Shown here: piece by piece, positions 54,033 through 55,141 of the stretch
Layout of the letters: each line of letters begins with the position of its first letter
Numbering within the stretch: the first letter of the stretch is position 1
Virus record (IMG/VR): IMGVR_UViG_3300036770_004513
Direction: 5' to 3' (one strand)
Source: an uncultured virus (IMG/VR IMGVR_UViG_3300036770_004513)
Taxonomy: Duplodnaviria; Heunggongvirae; Uroviricota; Caudoviricetes
DNA length: 55,141 bases
Translations under genes and position numbers: made by a program
The notes under the pieces: generated by a model
The model's input: only the letters and a program-made list of their open reading frames with translations
Database searches by the model: none
What the model was told of the DNA's origin: nothing

Positions 54033-54248
54033 TTATTTAGTCAGGTCACCCCAACCATTCTTATTGAAAAGGTCCATAAGCTTATCATGAGCCTTATCAT
54101 ATTTCATAATTTGATCAATTTGTTGGATAACACCCGAAATGGTTGTCATCACATAAGGCTCTTCCTGGCGGGCGGCATAAGCAAGAGCATTTTTAAGAGA
54201 GCCTTGAGCTTCCTCTAGGCTGGTTTGGACTGATTCGGAAAGTGCCAT
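54033..54248 (-). CDS. Conserved hypothetical protein
   Basis: MALSESVQTSLEEAQGSLKNALAYAARQEEP. Confidence 0.7.
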   Translation of the reverse strand: MALSESVQTSLEEAQGSLKNALAYAARQEEPYVMTTISGVIQQIDQIMKYDKAHDKLMDLFNKNGWGDLTK

Positions 54249-54250
54249 AA

Positions 54251-54838
54251 TTAAGTTTCCTCGGTGGAAGTAGTGGGTAGATAATAAACTCGGTCTTCTT
54301 GAAACCGAGTAAAGACAGCAGCCGTAAGTTCAACAAACATGTCGTAACTTCGTTGTATCTGGTCTTCGTCAGTGCTGAAGTTATTCGTGATAGTTTCAAT
54401 CATTTCAAAACTAGGAACCCTACACATCAATAGAGTATGGGCTGCAATAATGTAACAACCAATGTAATGTGCAGAACTTACACTTAGCATTGCCATAACT
54501 TGCTCTAATACAGATGATGTACCATCATCAGCAGTTTCATCCTTTGTATAAAAAGCAATCGCATTGAGACCACAAAGAAGTACCATCTCAAACATAAAAG
54601 TATTCTGGGCCTCGGAATTCAATTGGAGAATCTCATCTTCTGTTGGCAGTTCACCTTTTCGTAAAGTATCGAGAAAGTTATCAGGAACGATTTCAATTTT
54701 GTATTCTTCAGGAATAGAATACTGAAGATCGTGTCTTGTCATAAGACACTCAAGAAAATCACGAGTAAAGGTCGTCTCTACTTTAATTTCATTAATACGG
54801 CTTTGTAGGCCGCTCAGATCAAATTCGGTTTCAAACAT
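54251..54838 (-). CDS. Hypothetical protein
   Basis: 195-aa acidic ORF after the promoter at 54858. Confidence 0.6.
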   Translation of the reverse strand: MFETEFDLSGLQSRINEIKVETTFTRDFLECLMTRHDLQYSIPEEYKIEIVPDNFLDTLRKGELPTEDEILQLNSEAQNTFMFEMVLLCGLNAIAFYTKDETADDGTSSVLEQVMAMLSVSSAHYIGCYIIAAHTLLMCRVPSFEMIETITNNFSTDEDQIQRSYDMFVELTAAVFTRFQEDRVYYLPTTSTEET

Positions 54839-54857
54839 AAGTTAAGTCAACTGTAGG

Positions 54858-54914
54858 AATAATAACACAACTTTGCCGAATTGTCAGTCTGGGTGGACAG
54901 TTTCAGAATTGGCT
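54858..54914 (-). promoter_or_regulatory. Early-type promoter with upstream motif variant
   Basis: GCCAATtctgaAACTGTCcac..CTGACA-17 nt-TATTAT. Confidence 0.65.
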
Positions 54915-55132
54915 TTCATTAACTCTTCTGCTATCTTAGAATAGCGACGACGCATCACAAAATTGGTAATAGGATTTTTAGGATGATAAATGATCAGAAA
55001 CTTAAGTCGTTCTAAATTAACACGCAACAGTCTTAGATTTAAAACAAGAAAGTCTGCAACATTTCGATCTACCAAAATCATGTATGAAATGATAAAAAAG
55101 AATAGAAGACCTGTTGCGTAGTAATAATTCAT
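54884..55132 (-). CDS. Small membrane protein
   Basis: N-terminal TM helix and HPKNPI motif. Confidence 0.65.
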   Translation of the reverse strand: MNYYYATGLLFFFIISYMILVDRNVADFLVLNLRLLRVNLERLKFLIIYHPKNPITNFVMRRRYSKIAEELMKANSETVHPD

Positions 55133-55141
55133 TTTTCTATG

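Noticed and set aside
1..55141. tRNA, rRNA, integrase or transposase genes
   Set aside because: I saw no cloverleaf/T-loop signatures or recombinase motifs by eye. A tRNAscan-SE run would be needed to exclude tRNAs formally.

Overview
AT-rich, gene-dense segment of a T4-like cyanomyovirus genome, almost all on the minus strand. The left half (1-27.5 kb) is a tail/baseplate module: repeat-rich fibre proteins, gp5-, gp27-, gp26-, gp51-, gp54-, gp4-, gp48- and gp53-like genes, two large peptidoglycan-hydrolase-bearing virion proteins and cp12. The middle holds replication and transcription genes (gp32, gp59, gp33, exonuclease, phoH, thyX with a mini-intein) with a methyltransferase-nuclease-methyltransferase insert. 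The right half is an accessory region of small ORFs driven by a family of sigma70-like promoters that share an upstream motif. The main finding is a psbA split by six group I introns into seven exons, one only 16 nt long. The exons splice cleanly into a 361-aa D1 that keeps all Mn-cluster ligands but is unusually divergent elsewhere. One intron encodes an HNH endonuclease, and a free-standing endonuclease follows the gene. Other findings are a glutamine (glnA-type) riboswitch ahead of a 33-aa peptide, an R-M-like cassette bounded by 91-bp promoter-containing direct repeats, a candidate -1 frameshift joining gp26 to gp51, a stand-alone terminase-ATPase-like protein, and three tandem leucine-rich-variant repeat genes. 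All calls come from reading the sequence by eye; no searches were run.
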